Positions 1-7,604 of a DNA stretch of 20,000 bases are shown one piece after another. The position numbers and the translations under genes were made by a program. Within the stretch, counting starts at the first letter, position 1, and each line of letters starts with the position of its first letter. Under the pieces are notes generated by a model. That model ran no database searches. It was not told where the DNA came from and saw only the letters and a list, made by a program, of their open reading frames with translations. The DNA comes from an uncultured virus (IMG/VR IMGVR_UViG_3300023199_000154) (Duplodnaviria; Heunggongvirae; Uroviricota; Caudoviricetes), in the IMG/VR virus record IMGVR_UViG_3300023199_000154; one strand, 5' to 3'.

Positions 1-1540
1 TACCGATGAGTATCTCGCCGAGCAGCTTGAGGCAGTCCTTCTTCTTGTTGGCTCGCGCAAGATGGATGACCTTCATCACGTAGGGGCGGAAGTCGGGGCT
101 CTTGGCGGCGAGATGCTGGAGACCCTCGAGCGCGCTTCGTATGAGCATCGCGACATCGGGTGGGTCGCTCTGTGCGTAGTGGTCCATCTTCTCGGCGTGC
201 GTGTTGAAGGACGGAGGGATCTCAAGCGCGCCATCGTCCTCGTCCTCGTCATCCGAACCCGGGGGCAACTGCCGATTCTGCGTACCTGGCGGCTGCTCCT
301 GTCCCTTGCCGCCGATGGCTTCCTGCAAGGCCTCGCCGAGCTTCTCCCCGACGGGTGTTCCGCCGAGGAAGTCGCGAGCGAAGTCCCAGAATCCACCGGT
401 GCTCCCGCCGAACTCCTGGCTCATCTCCCCGAACACCTGCTTCATGTGCCGGTACTCCTTGAGCTGGTCTTCGAGCGACCGCGGTCCCTGAGAGCCGGGG
501 GCACGCTGTGCGGTGGGGTCGAGCTCTCGGATCTCCTTCATCATCGCGATGTAGTCTCGGAAGCCCATCTCCTCCTTCTTGGCACCGAACATCTCCTGCA
601 TCACGCGAAGCTCCTGCAGGAACTCCTGACGGCTGTTCTGTTGGGGCGGCGGCGGGGGCGGCGGCTGCATCGACTTCTGCATCGCAGCGAAGGCCTCGAT
701 CATCTTCGAGAAGCCCTCCATCGGATCAAGCGGCGGGGGCGGCGGCGGCATCGGAGGCATCGACGGCCCCTCGGAGCGCTTCGACACGCGACGTTCGAGC
801 TGCTCGAGCCGATCGACGAGCTTCATCACGATGGGGTCGAGGCCGCCCTTCTGTGAGCCCCTCTCGCGGTCCATCATCATCATCATCATCAGGGCGCTGC
901 TTGCGTCGCCCTTGCCCTCGTTGAGCTGCTTCTGGAGCGCGAGCATGCGCTCGAGCTGTTGTACCGGATCGATGTTCTTGCCCTCGTTCTGGATCTGCTT
1001 GCTCATCTCCATCAGCTCGCGGATGGTGCTCGTCTCACGGGCCCGGGGTTCGGCCTCATCCTTGGGCTTGCGGATGTAGACGCTCGGGAGCTCGGCGAGC
1101 TTCTCGCGCGGGGTGCCGGGCTTGCCGACGCGGATCACGTACTCGCCGTAGTCGAACTGCGGTACGAGGTACTTGCGGATGAAGCCCTCGAGGGAGGAGG
1201 CGCGCTGGATCTCGCCCATCGCGTACTCGTTGCACCACTCCTCCTTGCCGGTCTCGCCGATGTACCAGATGTGAATCCGCTCCTCGGAACCGGTCACGAG
1301 TTGGCGAGCCTTGGTCGCCTTGGTGGCGGTGCGCCGGCGCGGGTTCTGCGCCGCACGAATCTGCTGCTCGACCTTCTCCTGGTCGATGGGGCCGCCCGAT
1401 TCCTCCTCTTCGGCAGACGCACCGGCACCGTTCGCCTTCGCCGGCTTGGTCTCCCCCTTGCCTGTCGTCGCCAGCGGCGCCCCCTCCTTGAGCTGGTCGG
1501 CCAGGTCAGCGGCGGTCTTGTTCTTCGTGGTCGTGCTCAC
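1..1540 (-). CDS. Large Met/Pro/Gln-rich helical/coiled-coil hypothetical protein (>513 aa, runs off the left edge)
   Basis: Hand translation: GTG at 1540 overlaps the recombinase TGA (GTGA), and the frame stays open to base 1 (MSTTTKNKTAADLADQLKEG...LMMMMMMDRE...PPMPPPPPPLDPM...QPPPPPPPQ...). Codons mostly end in G/C. It is absent from the ORF track, presumably because it has no stop in the window. Confidence 0.85.
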   Translation of the reverse strand, partial: MSTTTKNKTAADLADQLKEGAPLATTGKGETKPAKANGAGASAEEEESGGPIDQEKVEQQIRAAQNPRRRTATKATKARQLVTGSEERIHIWYIGETGKEEWCNEYAMGEIQRASSLEGFIRKYLVPQFDYGEYVIRVGKPGTPREKLAELPSVYIRKPKDEAEPRARETSTIRELMEMSKQIQNEGKNIDPVQQLERMLALQKQLNEGKGDASSALMMMMMMDRERGSQKGGLDPIVMKLVDRLEQLERRVSKRSEGPSMPPMPPPPPPLDPMEGFSKMIEAFAAMQKSMQPPPPPPPQQNSRQEFLQELRVMQEMFGAKKEEMGFRDYIAMMKEIRELDPTAQRAPGSQGPRSLEDQLKEYRHMKQVFGEMSQEFGGSTGGFWDFARDFLGGTPVGEKLGEALQEAIGGKGQEQPPGTQNRQLPPGSDDEDEDDGALEIPPSFNTHAEKMDHYAQSDPPDVAMLIRSALEGLQHLAAKSPDFRPYVMKVIHLARANKKKDCLKLLGEILIG

Positions 1541-2484
1541 GCAGCTTCCTCCGGTTCATCAATGAATCGCACCGAGCGCAGTCGGCGCAGAACGTTCGCC
1601 ATGTCGTGCTGGACGTAGTGACGCGCGGTCACCCGAGCGATGCCGCTGCCCGCTCGCGGCGCCTCGTGCCCGAGCAGCTGCATCACCAGAAACTCACTCA
1701 CCCCGAGCTCGTCGAGCCTCGTCGCGTAGGTATGCCGGAGCACATGCGAGGTGAAGTCGGATATCCCAGTCATGTCCCGGACTGCCTCAATGTGCAGCCG
1801 CAGCGATCGGGTGGTCATCGGCTTCTTGTTCTTCGAGGGGAACAGCCACTTCGGGTCCGCATGCCGCGCCCGCCACTCCCCGAGGTAGTCGATGAGCTGG
1901 TCGCGGCCCTCAAGGAGCATCGGGACCTTCCTCCGCTTGCGCCCCTTGCCGAGGACATCGAACGCCACCCAGCGCAGGTCCTCGAAGTCTGGATCTGTGA
2001 CGAGCTCGATGCTCCCGAGCTCGAGCTTGACCACCTCCTGCGAGCGCATCCCCGTCAGCGCCATCACCGTCAACGCCGTCCCCGAAGGCTCGGGTACGTC
2101 GAGGAAGGCATCGAGCACCTCCCGATGCTCCGAAACGGTCAGCACTCGCGGCGGGTTGTGCTCGGCCTTCGGCACGTCGGGGTCGTGGAAGTCGACCAGC
2201 GTCTCCCCCTGCCGCCGCCGGAAGCGCACGTACTGCTGGGCGCCGATGAGCATCAAACGAACCGTCGTCGCCCGCATCCCCTCGGTGTGAACCAGCCAGC
2301 CGACGAAATCCTCCAGCATGTTCGGGGGCATATCGGTCAGCGAGACGTAGCCCTCGGGTGGATCCTCCCCGAGGAACCGCATCAGCTTGCGCGCCGCACG
2401 AGCGTAAACCCGCGCCGTCTCCCTGGACTTCGTGGTCGTCATTCGGCGCTCGAAGGCGTCGATGCTGAGGTCCAACTCCACCAA
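1537..2484 (-). CDS. Tyrosine recombinase/integrase (XerC/D-like)
   Basis: Complete catalytic set R-K-H-R-H-Y: TGMRSQEV, GKGRKRR, HVLRHTYA, LLGHE, TARHY. N-terminal core-binding-like region (SRETARVYARAARKLMRFL). Start is TTG 2484 or GTG 2481. Confidence 0.93.
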   Translation of the reverse strand: MVELDLSIDAFERRMTTTKSRETARVYARAARKLMRFLGEDPPEGYVSLTDMPPNMLEDFVGWLVHTEGMRATTVRLMLIGAQQYVRFRRRQGETLVDFHDPDVPKAEHNPPRVLTVSEHREVLDAFLDVPEPSGTALTVMALTGMRSQEVVKLELGSIELVTDPDFEDLRWVAFDVLGKGRKRRKVPMLLEGRDQLIDYLGEWRARHADPKWLFPSKNKKPMTTRSLRLHIEAVRDMTGISDFTSHVLRHTYATRLDELGVSEFLVMQLLGHEAPRAGSGIARVTARHYVQHDMANVLRRLRSVRFIDEPEEAA

Positions 2485-2491
2485 ATGCCTG

Positions 2492-2806
2492 TCAGTTTCG
2501 CTTCTGCGGCATCGGAGGCCGAACGCTCATCGGATCGAATTGAGCCCGAGCCTTCGTCCACCCCTCCTCTTCCAGAACCGCCCGATAACACTCGTTGTTG
2601 TCCGGGCAGACGAAGGGGACCTCCACCTGCTGCTGGCCCTGGGCGTTGAGGATCGGTCCGCCCACCGGACGGAAGCGCTCGACAACCGGGCGGGGGTTGG
2701 CCTCGATCACGCCGTCGACGATGAGCGCACGCTCGCAGACACGGCATTTGACCTGGACGTTGGGTTCCTTGTCGGAAACACCCTGCGATTCCTCGTTCTC
2801 TGCCAT
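2492..2806 (-). CDS. Small putative Zn-binding protein (CRVC...CPDNNEC)
   Basis: GGAGG Shine-Dalgarno before ATG 2806; two Cys pairs. Confidence 0.7.
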   Translation of the reverse strand: MAENEESQGVSDKEPNVQVKCRVCERALIVDGVIEANPRPVVERFRPVGGPILNAQGQQQVEVPFVCPDNNECYRAVLEEEGWTKARAQFDPMSVRPPMPQKRN

Positions 2807-2925
2807 GTTTCGATCCTCCACCGATGGCGGTTTTCGCCGGAACCAAGCGCGACCCTACCCCCGCCAAACCGCCGCGGTCAAGAGTTGCCTATCGCACGCG
2901 CTCGGGTCGGGGTAGGGTCGGCTGC

Positions 2926-3285
2926 ATGAAGCGAGGCGCCATCGTGCTCGGGGGCCAGGAGCTCCCGCTGTTCGTGACCGAAACCCGCCGCGAGCTGGTC
3001 GAGGGGATGCGCGGTGTTCGGCAGTTACCCTCTCCGATGGCCGGGCTGCTGATGGTGTTTCGAGGGCCCCCGAGGCCACGGCAGCTCACCATGCAGGGGG
3101 TGATCTTGGATCTCGACGCCTTCGCCCTGAGCTTCGACGGCCGCTCTGGGGGTCACGTGGTCGACCAGGTTCGGATGAAATCCGACTCGAGCCACGCCTA
3201 TCGGCTCGAGGCCTGCGCCCTGGTGCTCGAGCTGCCCGCGGGGCGGTTCGACCGCTCGATGGTGGGCGATCCTTGGAGGGCTTAG
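2926..3285 (+). CDS. DUF192-like protein
   Basis: Motif order ET..E..EGMRG, GLLMVF, TMQGV..DLD, VLELPAG, VGD resembles DUF192. ATG 2926 lies 7 nt after TAGGGT. Confidence 0.7.
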   Translation: MKRGAIVLGGQELPLFVTETRRELVEGMRGVRQLPSPMAGLLMVFRGPPRPRQLTMQGVILDLDAFALSFDGRSGGHVVDQVRMKSDSSHAYRLEACALVLELPAGRFDRSMVGDPWRA

Positions 3286-3482
3286 AGCCGATCGAGGCGG
3301 TTGCGAACGCGCTGCTCGCACACGTCGCTGCAAGCATGAAAAATCCCAATCCACCCGGGCACCTCGAAGACGCGCCAGGGCGGAATGATCATCTCCTCGG
3401 GGATCTCAACCCCCGGGTCGATCTCGATGCGCTGAGGGCAGTCTCCGTCGCACGCGATGAGCTGGCACGTCGCGTCGTACAT
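3282..3482 (-). CDS. Small Cys protein (CDGDC...HACSDVC; TRASH-like)
   Basis: 66-aa ORF with paired Cys motifs; start uncertain. Confidence 0.55.
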   Translation of the reverse strand: MYDATCQLIACDGDCPQRIEIDPGVEIPEEMIIPPWRVFEVPGWIGIFHACSDVCEQRVRNRLDRL

Positions 3483-3517
3483 CCCGAGTGAGACTAGGCC
3501 GCTCGGGTCGGAAACGT

Positions 3518-4615
3518 CTACGGCCGCCGCCGAGCGGAAGGCCGCTTGCGCGGCTGTTTTTCTTCGAGATGCGCAAAACACGTGGGGATCCCGCAGGTAT
3601 TCACCACCTCGCCCTTCGGCCACTCGCCGCCGTTCCTGAGCGCCCAAGCGAGTACGTACACCGAAACCTTACGACGATCGTGTTGGGTGATCGGCACACC
3701 CTCCGGGGTGGTGCCGCGCTGCCAGAGACAATGACCGTCAAGCTCGACTGACCGTTGCTCCAAACGGAATTTCAGGCGGTTGACCACATTGGCCGCAATC
3801 GGCCGAGAATGGCCCCAGGAGGCGCCCGGCCCCGATCCGGGTAGGGGGGTACCGGCGGGGGGTGATTCTGGACCGGAGACGGCGTCCTGGGCGGCGCGCG
3901 GGGCATCCTCGTTTCCGTCCGTGCCCCACCCTTCCACGATCGGACAGACATGGGATGTACGGCAAATGACTTCGGCGTGGCTGAGGCAGCCCATGACCGA
4001 GCATCCCTGGACCACACGACCTTGGGGCCAATGGCCATTCAGCAAAGCCCAGACCACCCGACGTGCCGTAGTTTGCTTGCCGGCAACCATGACAAGCTGT
4101 CCTCCGGTCCAGACAACATGCCCGCCATCGATCCGTGTGAGCTTCGCATCCACCCGAGACTTCAGACGGTCGTAGCTCGAGCGGTCAAGAATCGGGGTGT
4201 GGCGTTGCCTGTAAAAGCTGCTCCTCGGGTTGTTCGTACACCTGCGAGCGGTGTGCTGATCGCTCTTGCAGATGCTGCAGCGATACACCCGATTGGCCCG
4301 CTGTGACTTAGGCTTTCGTCGGGACAGGCGCTTTTGATCTTCGCGCCTGACCCGGTACTGCTCCTCGTGGCGCTGGAGACGCTCGGCAGCATCTCGCTTC
4401 AACTCCTCGAACTCGGCACGCCGTTCGCGGTCCTGCTCGGCAAGCTTGCAAGCGATCACCTCGTCGATCGTGCCGTCGTCCTCGAACCGCTTAGAGACCT
4501 CGGGCGGCATCCCGAGCCGAGCACGCTCTCGGCGGTCGGCCCGGCGCTTGGCCTCGATCTGGTCCATGGCCTCCTCGACGGTGACCAACCACTCGTCCTC
4601 GTCCTCGATCGACAT
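3518..4615 (-). CDS. Nucleic-acid-binding protein: charged coiled coil, CCHC zinc knuckle and two degenerate HNH (His-Me)-like domains
   Basis: CSICKSDQHTARRC fits Cx2Cx4Hx4C. VVWTGG..ARRVVWALLNGHWPQGRVVQGCSVMGCLSH and CLWQRG..VYVLAWALRNGGEWPKGEVVNTCGIPTCFAHL resemble phage HNH domains. Purine-rich RBS (ggaggttaggtggaga) before ATG 4615. Confidence 0.75.
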   Translation of the reverse strand: MSIEDEDEWLVTVEEAMDQIEAKRRADRRERARLGMPPEVSKRFEDDGTIDEVIACKLAEQDRERRAEFEELKRDAAERLQRHEEQYRVRREDQKRLSRRKPKSQRANRVYRCSICKSDQHTARRCTNNPRSSFYRQRHTPILDRSSYDRLKSRVDAKLTRIDGGHVVWTGGQLVMVAGKQTTARRVVWALLNGHWPQGRVVQGCSVMGCLSHAEVICRTSHVCPIVEGWGTDGNEDAPRAAQDAVSGPESPPAGTPLPGSGPGASWGHSRPIAANVVNRLKFRLEQRSVELDGHCLWQRGTTPEGVPITQHDRRKVSVYVLAWALRNGGEWPKGEVVNTCGIPTCFAHLEEKQPRKRPSARRRP

Positions 4616-4646
4616 TCTCCACCTAACCTCCACCGATGAATGCCGC

Positions 4647-4676
4647 GTGATACCATATCGGCGCAATCGGTGTCAA
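4647..4676 (-). promoter_or_regulatory. Sigma70-type promoter for the HNH-like gene
   Basis: Minus strand TTGACA-18 nt-TATCAC, with TG at the extended -10 position, about 30 nt upstream of ATG 4615. Confidence 0.55.
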
Positions 4677-4724
4677 TGGTTGACCGAATTTGAGTTGCCA
4701 TCCTCGGCAACCATCCGGAATGAT

Positions 4725-5167
4725 TGATATTTCATACCGATTTAGCAACCAACTTCCACCGCGGCACCCCCAGGGTGTCCACCACGGCCCCTCAGTACCC
4801 CCTCCCCCCTAGTACTTAGTTGTATATGAGAAATGATACACTTAACAATTACACACACTACATATAGCTACCAACACCTACACATGCGCACACATACATC
4901 CGGGGACCCCCGCGGTGGAAGTTTGCAAATATCAGCAACATATCCATGCACAATCATTGTGGTTTCGCAACACCGCTCAAGTTTTCCGCATTACGTATCA
5001 TCGCCCAGATACATGTAGCCCCCATCACATATATGGACACGGGCCAACCATGATACGTGCCCGACGAGGTAAAAGGAGAACGGGTGGCTAACGGCACCCC
5101 CCGATCACGACCACCCACGGGGGAGAAAAGTGGGGGGTTCGGACCACAGGGTGTGCCGATTGATACG
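4725..5167. other. AT-richer non-coding control region / candidate replication origin
   Basis: 14-bp perfect inverted repeat AACTTCCACCGCGG (4751-4764 / 4910-4923) around an A/C-skewed core. Outer IR TGATATTT (4725-4732 / 4927-4934); IR ACGTATCAT/ATGATACGT (4993-5001 / 5050-5058). No credible ORF. Confidence 0.5.
5114..5138 (+). repeat. Dispersed motif copy 1: CCCACGGGGGAGAAAAGTGGGGGGT
   Basis: Matches copies at 7347-7371 (-), 7490-7513 (+) and 19180-19203 (+). Confidence 0.75.
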
Positions 5168-5262
5168 CTTCGGGTGGGTTGGCGGTGAGCGAACAAGGCC
5201 CCCTCAGCGGATCGAGCCGCTTATCAGAAACTCACCCCCCCCCTCCGGCCGGCGCCAGCATG

Positions 5263-5880
5263 CTAGGGGCGCATCGCCTGCTGGACGCCCCCCGGTCCCC
5301 AGACGGGGCCCTCGCGGCGGCAGGTGCAGTCGCTCTCGCCCCGGCGGCAACGCGCTCTATCCGGCAGCCTGCAAACCAGGCCGTGGGCCCGGTCAGCTCC
5401 GCGGCCCGAGCACTGCTCGAGCACGTGGATGTACTCGTGGACGATGTGGGCCTTGGGGACGCGGCCGTCCTCGGCGTAGGAGTCGTGGACGATGAACAGC
5501 CGGTGCTCGTGGCCGCCGAGGAACTCGTTGCCGTCGCCCCAGCACGCCGGCCAGCTCCCGACGCAGGGGGTCCGCGTGCAGGATTGCGCGCAGCCCCACG
5601 GGCATCCCTCGCTCGGCTGGTAGCCCGGGCAGTTGCCGGGGTTGCAGTATCCGCACAAGCCCGGGAACTCGTCGTCGCCGGCGACGATGAGCCGCATGTA
5701 GGTCCGCTCCTCGACGCAGCGCTCGGTGGCGATGTCCTCGAGATCGCGCTCAGTCCATGCTCGGTCGATGCGGTCGAGCAGCTGGTGCTCGGCGGGCGAC
5801 GGCGGGTAGGCCTGGGGCGGAAGCGTCATCCCGCATCCGGAGGCAACGAGGGCGACGGCGGTGAGGGTGGCGATGCGCAT
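5263..5880 (-). CDS. Cys-rich lipoprotein with zincin HExxH metallopeptidase motif
   Basis: MRIATLTAVALVASGC is a signal peptide plus lipobox. HIVHEYIHVLE with a downstream H (DRAH); many Cys; GGAGG before ATG 5880. Confidence 0.75.
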   Translation of the reverse strand: MRIATLTAVALVASGCGMTLPPQAYPPSPAEHQLLDRIDRAWTERDLEDIATERCVEERTYMRLIVAGDDEFPGLCGYCNPGNCPGYQPSEGCPWGCAQSCTRTPCVGSWPACWGDGNEFLGGHEHRLFIVHDSYAEDGRVPKAHIVHEYIHVLEQCSGRGADRAHGLVCRLPDRARCRRGESDCTCRREGPVWGPGGVQQAMRP

Positions 5881-5903
5881 GGCCTCCAAGGTAGCATCGG
5901 GGG

Positions 5904-6386
5904 ATGCGAGGTCTCGGCGACCAGTACTGCGTGTCCATCCCCGCACGGCCCGCGCGCGAGACCCGCGGCTACGCGCTGTGGAAGCTGTCGCGCTCCGAGC
6001 TCGGTCGCCTGCTGGCCCGCCTGACGGCACGCAAGGTCCGCTTGGGCCCGAAGGGCTTTCGGACCGCCATCGCTCGCCGGCCGGCGTGCACCCGCGCCCA
6101 TGAGGGCGGTCTCGGGGCGCTCGGGGGCCTGCACGGGGCCGGTCGCGACGTGCCGGGCGCTCGACGGCTTCGGAAGCGGTGCCGCACCGTCGCCCTGTAC
6201 GACCCGCACCACCCCGACCCTCGGATGCGCAAGCGGCCGCGTGAGAAGTACGACGAGATCTTGAGCGTCTACACCCTCAACGTTCTGTCGACGGCCGAGG
6301 GGCGGCGGGTGCTTCGAGAGATCCATTCGCTGCTCAAGCCCGGCGGTCGTGCGGTCTTGGCCGTGCGCCGCGACACCTGCAGGTGA
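5904..6386 (+). CDS. Class I SAM methyltransferase-like protein (resembles the phosphorothioation-associated putative MTase domain)
   Basis: RTAIARR, HGAGRD (degenerate motif I), YDPHH, KYDEILSVYTLNVL, LLKPGG, AVRRD. Confidence 0.7.
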   Translation: MRGLGDQYCVSIPARPARETRGYALWKLSRSELGRLLARLTARKVRLGPKGFRTAIARRPACTRAHEGGLGALGGLHGAGRDVPGARRLRKRCRTVALYDPHHPDPRMRKRPREKYDEILSVYTLNVLSTAEGRRVLREIHSLLKPGGRAVLAVRRDTCR

Positions 6387-6414
6387 ATCACATGGACAGG
6401 AACGAAGTCATCTA

Positions 6415-6576
6415 ATGGCAAACGGAATCATCGGCGGCGGGCTCCTGCTCGCATTTGGCATAGCGCCCGGATGGATGGACGAGTCCGAATCAGCCGACTG
6501 GTACAACGACCAGTGCCGCAAGATCAAAACGCGACGTGCGCGCCAGTCCCCGACTCTCCAAAGGACACGACGCTGA
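6415..6576 (+). CDS. Possible small hypothetical protein
   Basis: 53-aa ORF with a hydrophobic N-terminus; fills a gap between co-oriented genes. Confidence 0.3.
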   Translation: MANGIIGGGLLLAFGIAPGWMDESESADWYNDQCRKIKTRRARQSPTLQRTRR

Positions 6577-6587
6577 GGTCCCTGCCG

Positions 6588-6797
6588 ATGAGCGCCATCG
6601 GAAAGCAATCTCGCCGGCCCTCCGGAAGGCACGTCTGGGTCAACGACATCTCCGCTCGAGACCCGGACGACCTCGATCGCGTCGTTCGGCGTTGCAAGGC
6701 CTGTGGAACGCTCGACACCTGGGAGCTCGCGCGCGAAGCGTGTCCGATGGAACGGCAGTACCTGATGCAGCAGAAGAACCGCGCGTTCATCTCCTGA
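6588..6797 (+). CDS. Small putative Zn-binding protein (HVW...CKACG...C)
   Basis: GAGG before ATG 6588; His/Cys spacing. Confidence 0.55.
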   Translation: MSAIGKQSRRPSGRHVWVNDISARDPDDLDRVVRRCKACGTLDTWELAREACPMERQYLMQQKNRAFIS

Positions 6798-7329
6798 ACG
6801 CCAACGATCTCGGCGAACGACGGTTCTTCCACAACGGATAGGCCCTGAGCGAGGAGTCGATGTACCAGCGGTGCTCGGTCTGCGCCCACGTGTGCAGGCC
6901 CCACCAGCGGGGCACGATGACGTAGACGCGATCGGCCACCCGCTGCCACTCCACGAGGGCCGACTCGGGATCCTCGAGGTGTTCGAGCACGTGGCTCGCG
7001 ATCACCGCACCGAAGTACTTGTCGGGGTAGTTGAGCGCGAGCGCGTCGCCGTGGCACGCCCGAGGTCCTAGGGGAAGCGCACCGAGTGGCGTGGGGCACG
7101 GGTTGTTCGCCGGTGCCGCCAGGTCGAGGTTCACGTCGCCGTAGCGTGTCGGCCCGAACAGGAACGCACGGAAGCTCGAGCCCTCGGTTCCGGAACCGAC
7201 GTTGAGCAGGGGCTTTCCGACACGATGGCAGTAGCGGCGTGCGTCCTTGGCCGCCCGTGCCGGACGCACCATCACGTCGTAGAACCAAGCGCCTGCGACG
7301 TAGCCCAGACCGATCTTCCACAGCCCCAT
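6787..7329 (-). CDS. Class I SAM-dependent methyltransferase (Methyltransf_11-like) with N-terminal hydrophobic segment
   Basis: LLNVGSG motif I, VNLDL, GDALALNYPDKYFGAVIASHVLEHLEDP..AL.EW.RV. Confidence 0.85.
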   Translation of the reverse strand: MGLWKIGLGYVAGAWFYDVMVRPARAAKDARRYCHRVGKPLLNVGSGTEGSSFRAFLFGPTRYGDVNLDLAAPANNPCPTPLGALPLGPRACHGDALALNYPDKYFGAVIASHVLEHLEDPESALVEWQRVADRVYVIVPRWWGLHTWAQTEHRWYIDSSLRAYPLWKNRRSPRSLAFRR

Positions 7330-7346
7330 GCCCACAGGTTACCACG

Positions 7347-7371
7347 ACCCCCCACTTTGCCTCCCCGTGGG
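7347..7371 (-). repeat. Dispersed motif copy 2: CCCACGGGGAGGCAAAGTGGGGGGT
   Basis: 22/25 identical to copy 1, inverted relative to it. Confidence 0.75.
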
Positions 7372-7489
7372 GTGCGGCGCTACCATGGTTGCGGGAGCTG
7401 GCGCGGCCCCATGAGCCTCCTGCGCGTCAGGCGGCACCTCGCCACGGACTCAACCTCGGACCAACCCGCTGTGTGCAGTCACTACTGCC

Positions 7490-7513
7490 CCCACGGGGGA
7501 CCAGAGGGGGGGT
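7490..7513 (+). repeat. Dispersed motif copy 3: CCCACGGGGGACCAGAGGGGGGGT(CCGG)
   Basis: Same arms and spacing as copy 4. Confidence 0.7.
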
Positions 7514-7524
7514 CCGGCTATGAC

Positions 7525-7591
7525 AAACGCCCCGGGCAGGGCGGGCGTCGAAGAGACGAGATTCGGTGGAGGGAATCTCCCTGCCCGGGGC
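7525..7591 (-). terminator. Branched stem-loop / probable terminator of the minus-strand hydrolase operon
   Basis: 13-bp IR GCCCCGGGCAGGG (7529-7541 / 7579-7591), followed by GTTT on the minus strand, just after the TGA TAG stops at 7602-7607. Confidence 0.55.
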
Positions 7592-7604
7592 CGAGAGAAC
7601 GCTA

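Noticed and set aside
872..889. (CAT)6 as a phase-variable repeat
   Set aside because: It is an in-frame triplet encoding Met6, so slippage would not shift the frame.
1537..2484. att site or prophage boundary beside the recombinase
   Set aside because: Both flanks are tightly packed virus-like genes; no tRNA fragment or host gene is visible.
62..2649. Long plus-strand ORFs (62-856, 959-1618, 1606-2649)
   Set aside because: Antisense shadows of the real minus-strand genes; typical of high-GC DNA and with no recognisable motifs.
4680..5250. CRISPR array, tRNA, or ORFs 4833-5018 and 4954-5196
   Set aside because: No regularly spaced repeats or cloverleaf; the ORFs lack coding-like codon bias.
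5904..6386. DNA phosphorothioation system
   Set aside because: Only a family resemblance of one MTase; no dnd or ssp genes in the window.
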